Of a stretch of DNA of 64,000 bases, positions 59,426-64,000 are shown piece after piece (position 1 is the stretch's first letter; every line of letters starts with the position of its first letter). This stretch comes from the human T2T-CHM13v2.0 reference genome, Homo sapiens. The notes beneath the pieces were generated by a model. The model had not been told where the DNA came from, did not search any database, and worked only from the letters and a program-made list of their open reading frames with translations. Location of the stretch: NCBI RefSeq assembly GCF_009914755.1, contig NC_060942.1. One strand, written 5' to 3'. A program made the position numbers and the translations under genes.

Positions 59426-59989
59426 ATAATATTAGGTATTTGGGGGGAACCTTAGGAACCTTTTTAAATGCAGCTGTATTTGCTGTGCATTTGTAAAACG
59501 AAGAAGCAGCATGGTGAACCCAGTTTGAGCAGAGCTGCAAGTTGCTTGTTACGCACCCCTCATTGTCACAGAGCATTCGATTTATCCTCTGGGCAGAAGG
59601 AGCTTCTGCTGCTGATGGACAGGAAATGAAACATTTATCACATTGCTGTTATTATTTTTAAGAATTCTTTAAGGAAAGGAAAAATAATCAATCCACAATA
59701 ATAGAGAATCAACTCCTTAAAGAGAGGAAAAGTATCTGAGTGTAAATTGATGGGCAAATTAATTTCCCTTTTTTTATGTAAAATTGTTGTGACATGTTAA
59801 TAATTTATGTAATTTTAGAAAGTAAATTGGATTTTCTTTCAACCTTTATATATGAATATGTGGTCAACCTAACTATATACTGAATATTATACTAGAAACT
59901 GAATGATGATTCAGAATAGTATAGGTGACATTCAGTTTCATTAAAGATTAATAGTAGCATGGCCTTGTGTGTTTTGCCGTATCACAAAA

Positions 59990-60210
59990 AGCAAGATTTA
60001 GTGACTAGGGCCCTGGATTATGTATTAGGTGGCAAGACTTCCAGTCCAAGCTGCCACACACTTGCTGACATTTGTGCTCACGTTAATTTTCCCATCCGTA
60101 ATAACGACAGTAATAACATCCAAAACCAGTATACCCAGATAAATGGTAAAGATTAATAAGGTAATATCTGTGACAGGCTTTGGGCTTCTTAGAAAAGCAC
60201 TGAATAAAAA
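59990..60210 (+). mobile_element. MIR remnant
   Basis: Degenerate core ttaattttcccatccgtaataacg and 3' aaggtaatatctgtga. Confidence 0.45.
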
Positions 60211-62447
60211 GAGCAGCAGCAAAACCTTCTAGATAGATAGTGTCATCAGTTCACTGCACTCTGCACAGAAGGACCACGTTGAGATTCTGTTGTGCAGTGT
60301 CAGTCCCGTAGGTCACTGAAGGAGGAAGGGGTGGCTTTGGGAGTGACTTTGTCACTCATTATTTGAATGACTTTGGGCAAGTTACCTAATTTGATGAATT
60401 TGTTTTATCTGTAAGTACTGATAACATACATTACTTGGACTCATAAGAATTAAATGAGGTAAATTAATTCATTCACAATCAGAAAATTCTACCTAAATTT
60501 CTCTTTTTGTTTTGGCCCTTGTGGGAACATATGTAAAAAGCAGTGTTCTTCTACACAATTGACAAAATGGCGTGATAGACCTTAGGATTTGTTGGTCATA
60601 TTTCTGATTTGGTCATTATTTCTTATAATTTCACCATCTCTCTAGTCTTTGTTCAGTATTTTTTAAAACTATGCAGCAGTGGAAAAGAAAACATTTTTTA
60701 TTTTCCTCCTACTTCTTTTCTTTTCTTTTCTTTTTTTAATGTAAACCCTTCAATTATATCCACCTCTTATTTCTTATCCTTTGTTTACTATCTGGAATTA
60801 AACAAGGAGGATTAGGGGTGGTGCTTCACCTTTGTAAAATGCACTTGAAGTTCATTATAAACATAAATATATAATTTATAAACATTTATTTTTATAATCA
60901 TTTTAATAATTATAAACTAATAATTTATAATATAATATAAATAATATTTATTTATAATATACTTGTTTAAATATATAAATTTAACTTATTTAATTTATAA
61001 ATTTAACCCAACGCTCTTGGGTTCTCATGCATTAAATCCCTACCAACCCAGAGTAACTTAGGAAAAGATCCTCCTGAGAAAGTTCATCATTAAATTTTAA
61101 AAAGGGGACCTTTTTACTTCTTTTTGATAATCTTAGGATAGCAAGAATTGACACTTACAAAGTCTTATTGCCAAGGAGAAGGCTTGATGATGCCTGTTAG
61201 TATATATGAATCAGTCATTTATCATTAACTGTTTGCATTAATGCTCCTTAGCTATTTTTATCGAATTAGTTGTGACAAAAAGTATCTGAAGTTTTTGTGC
61301 TTATTACTTTTTACTTAAATAAAACTGCACTCTCACTCCAATCTTTTTTTCGTGCGTGTGGCAGAGGTCATCCGCAGTGCTCTGTCCAAATAACCATTCA
61401 TTTACTTTGAATTATGGCAGTGGGATGCTCAGTGTTTGTGGACTCGCAGGTCAGTATGGGTAAAGAAGGAGAGAGAGTCCAGGCACAGCCTTTTCAGTAT
61501 TTCTCTACACTGTGTCTGAAGGATAATGCATGTGGTCAAGAAGAATTTTCCTAGTCCTGTGACTGTTTAAAATTTGAGAGGGGAAAAAAAGTCTAAGACT
61601 TCTGTAATGCTCCAAATTGTTTTTCAAATGAGGTTTTAGCAAGATGAAAATACCTTTCAAAGGATTTATAGACCCATGAGAATTTTTAAAAATCTCTTTA
61701 AACATAAAATATTCTCCTAGCTACTGGAATGTTTCGGGTGTCTCTGCTTAATCAGCTGCCTCACTTCCTGGTCTCTCAGTACTGGCTTGGTGCCTTTACA
61801 GCCCAATCATGGTTTATTGATATTGTGCTGCACACTATTCTTTCCGAGTTTTTTCTCCCACAATTGTTTGACAATTTTGTTCATTGGTGATAATGAAAGA
61901 GAAAAAAGAAGTGCCAGCCACCCAACACAGTCAACACCCATTTTTGCATGTCGTTTCTGTGCAGCAGAGGCAAGCACAGAACCTGAACGTGCTCAGTGAG
62001 GTACTGTTTAGTGTCGTTCTGTGTGGGACTCGGATTTGTAAAGCCCCTGCACTTGTAATTCACCAAAGTTTCCCAGACACAGTTCCAGTGGCACATTCCA
62101 AGCCTTTTGTTTCCAGTGCAGTATTGGGACTTGGTTGTAACTACAAAAACTCTGATGATAAATGCCTGGGATTCTGGTTGGAAACACCTGTCAGAAGGAC
62201 TTCAAGAAAGGTTTTAGAGCCTAGGGTCTTCTGAGTAGCAGTACCTGTTGACTGACCTGCTGTGTGCTCTGTTAGAAAATTATGTTGGAAAATACTCTGT
62301 GTACTTGGCGACAAGCCTTTCTGAGCCAGGCATGTGTTGATATGACATGGCGGCTTCAAACAGTCCTGCAGGTGCTGTGGTATATTACTTAAGCTTTTTT
62401 GATTCCAAGTAACAAAAACCAAGTGATTTGTGCTTAAGCATAAAAGA

Positions 62448-62448
<1 letters not shown>

Positions 62449-62489
<41 letters not shown>
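62449..62489. repeat. (CA)n microsatellite at the L1 tail position
   Basis: Directly visible. Confidence 0.95.
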
Positions 62490-62491
<2 letters not shown>

Positions 62492-62493
<2 letters not shown>

Positions 62494-62889
62494 AATTTTA
62501 CTTTAAGTTCCAGGATACGTGTGCAGAGTGTGCAAGTATGTTACCTACATATACATGTGCCATGGTGGTTTGCTGCACCTATCAACCCGTCATCTAGATT
62601 TTAAGCCCCGCGTGCATTAGGTATTTGTCCTAAGCTCTCCCTCCTCTTGCCCCCCACTCCTCGAAAGGCCCTGGTGTGTGTTGTTCCCCTCCCTGTGTCC
62701 ATGTGTTGTCATTGTTCAACTCCCACTTATGAGTTTGAACATGCTGTGTTTGGTTTTCTGTTCCTGTGTGTGTTTGCTGAGGTTGCTGGCTTCCATCTTC
62801 ACACTGCAAAGGACATGATCTCATTCTTTTTTATGGCTGCAGAGTATTCCATGGTGTATTTGTACCACATTTTCTTTATCCAGTCTATT
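62492..62889 (-). mobile_element. L1PA8-like 3' fragment
   Basis: ttttactttaagttc...ttttaagccccgcgtgcattaggtatttgtcc...cacattttctttatccagtct. Confidence 0.88.
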
Positions 62890-63012
62890 TTGGTGGAGAT
62901 GGGATCTCACTGTGTTGCCTAGGCTGGTCTTGAACTCCTAGGCTCAAGCAATCCTCCTGTCTCAGCCTCTCAAAATGCTGGGACTACAGGCATGAGCCAC
63001 CATGCCTGGCCT
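62890..63012 (-). mobile_element. FLAM_C / AluJ left monomer
   Basis: A single left arm directly abutting the L1 5' truncation point. Confidence 0.85.
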
Positions 63013-64000
63013 AATTTTGTTCTAACATCTCAGTAAATTTAGACTAATCAGTAGATATTTTCAGATAAAATATAAATTCTATCAGTTTTATGAGCACATA
63101 CATTTATAGATTTGTGGAATAAAATTTGTATTTTGTGGTGTTATGTTTGAAAATAAAAATAAAATTCAATAATGAAAAAAGGAAAATAAGAATACAGGCC
63201 TGCCTCATAGGGAGAACTGGTCTAGGACTTGGAAGCCTATCTTAAGCCAGTTCTCTCTGCCCCTCACCCCCATGTCTCTGCCTCCCTTCATTTTTTCTTC
63301 TCTCTGAGGGCTGTCCCAGGGTCAGGGACACTTTAAATAAAGTAATCTCTGGGATTTACTTCTGTAGAAGAGAGGACCACTTCAAAAGACTCACTGTGAA
63401 TTTATGAAAAACACCTGAAGCCATCATATGGCGCTTATGTTGCTCTTGATACTTCTTTCTTTTACCTGCTACACCCCACATGAGTAAGAGCACAAGACTG
63501 AGCTGTTTAGGGTGCTCCAGGCAGAGAAGGCATGGAAGCTTGGAAAGCGTTTTCTAAGTCTTTTCTGCTACACTTAATTTTTGCTCATTACTGTTTGTAT
63601 ATAATCCTTATCATTTCATAGCTCCTGGCACAGTTGTGAATCTGAATCTTGAAGGGATCTCTGAAGATCACTCAGACACAGTCACCTAGACAGAAACCAT
63701 AACAGGTCTCCACCCACCGTTATTAAATCATGCATATGGTTAGGAAGTGCTTGCCTTGTAAAGTTAGTGATGGCTGGGCAGCTCCTAACTGCGCTCCTAT
63801 TGATCTAGGTCCGTCTGTAACTTCCTCCAAGGTGCACATGTTCCCTTTGCAGCAATACAGAATAAGGCCTGTCCTTATCAATGACTTCAAATTCCTGAAT
63901 ATGTAAGAAGTCACTCTGTCATTCACTTAAAGATATTTAAATGCCTAACGTTTACTGGGCAGTGATTAAGTGCTATGGATGTCAGATTTTAAAATGTTTG

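Noticed and set aside
60850-61005. AT-only low-complexity tract
   Set aside because: No defined unit or long perfect symmetry.

Overview
This is primate (human-like) nuclear DNA: AT-rich, repeat-dense, and apparently intronic or intergenic. I could not recognise a host protein-coding exon, so no host gene is named. The dominant feature is a full-length young LINE-1 (L1PA2-like, 7572-13656) with a 13-bp TSD, an intact ORF2 and antisense ORF0, an ORF1 broken by one CGA>TGA stop, and a 19-nt non-L1 tag in its tail. A second complex (33762-40509) is a MER6 transposon split by an Alu and by a ~5.5-kb old L1MA-type element. That L1 carries a full-length U3 snoRNA retrocopy plus ~400 nt of unexplained 3' extension, which may be a fossil read-through U3 transcript. 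The rest comprises about a dozen Alu/FAM/FLAM copies, Tigger2/3, MER1B, MER5, two MADE1 MITEs, THE1/MLT solo LTRs, MIR/L2 remnants and a 1.1-kb AT-rich VNTR grown inside an L1MA 3' end. The most unusual unexplained pattern is three short (36-60 bp) copies of local sequence, each inserted 1.8-2.0 kb downstream of its apparent donor. Repeat subfamily names come from recalled consensus sequences, not from a database search.
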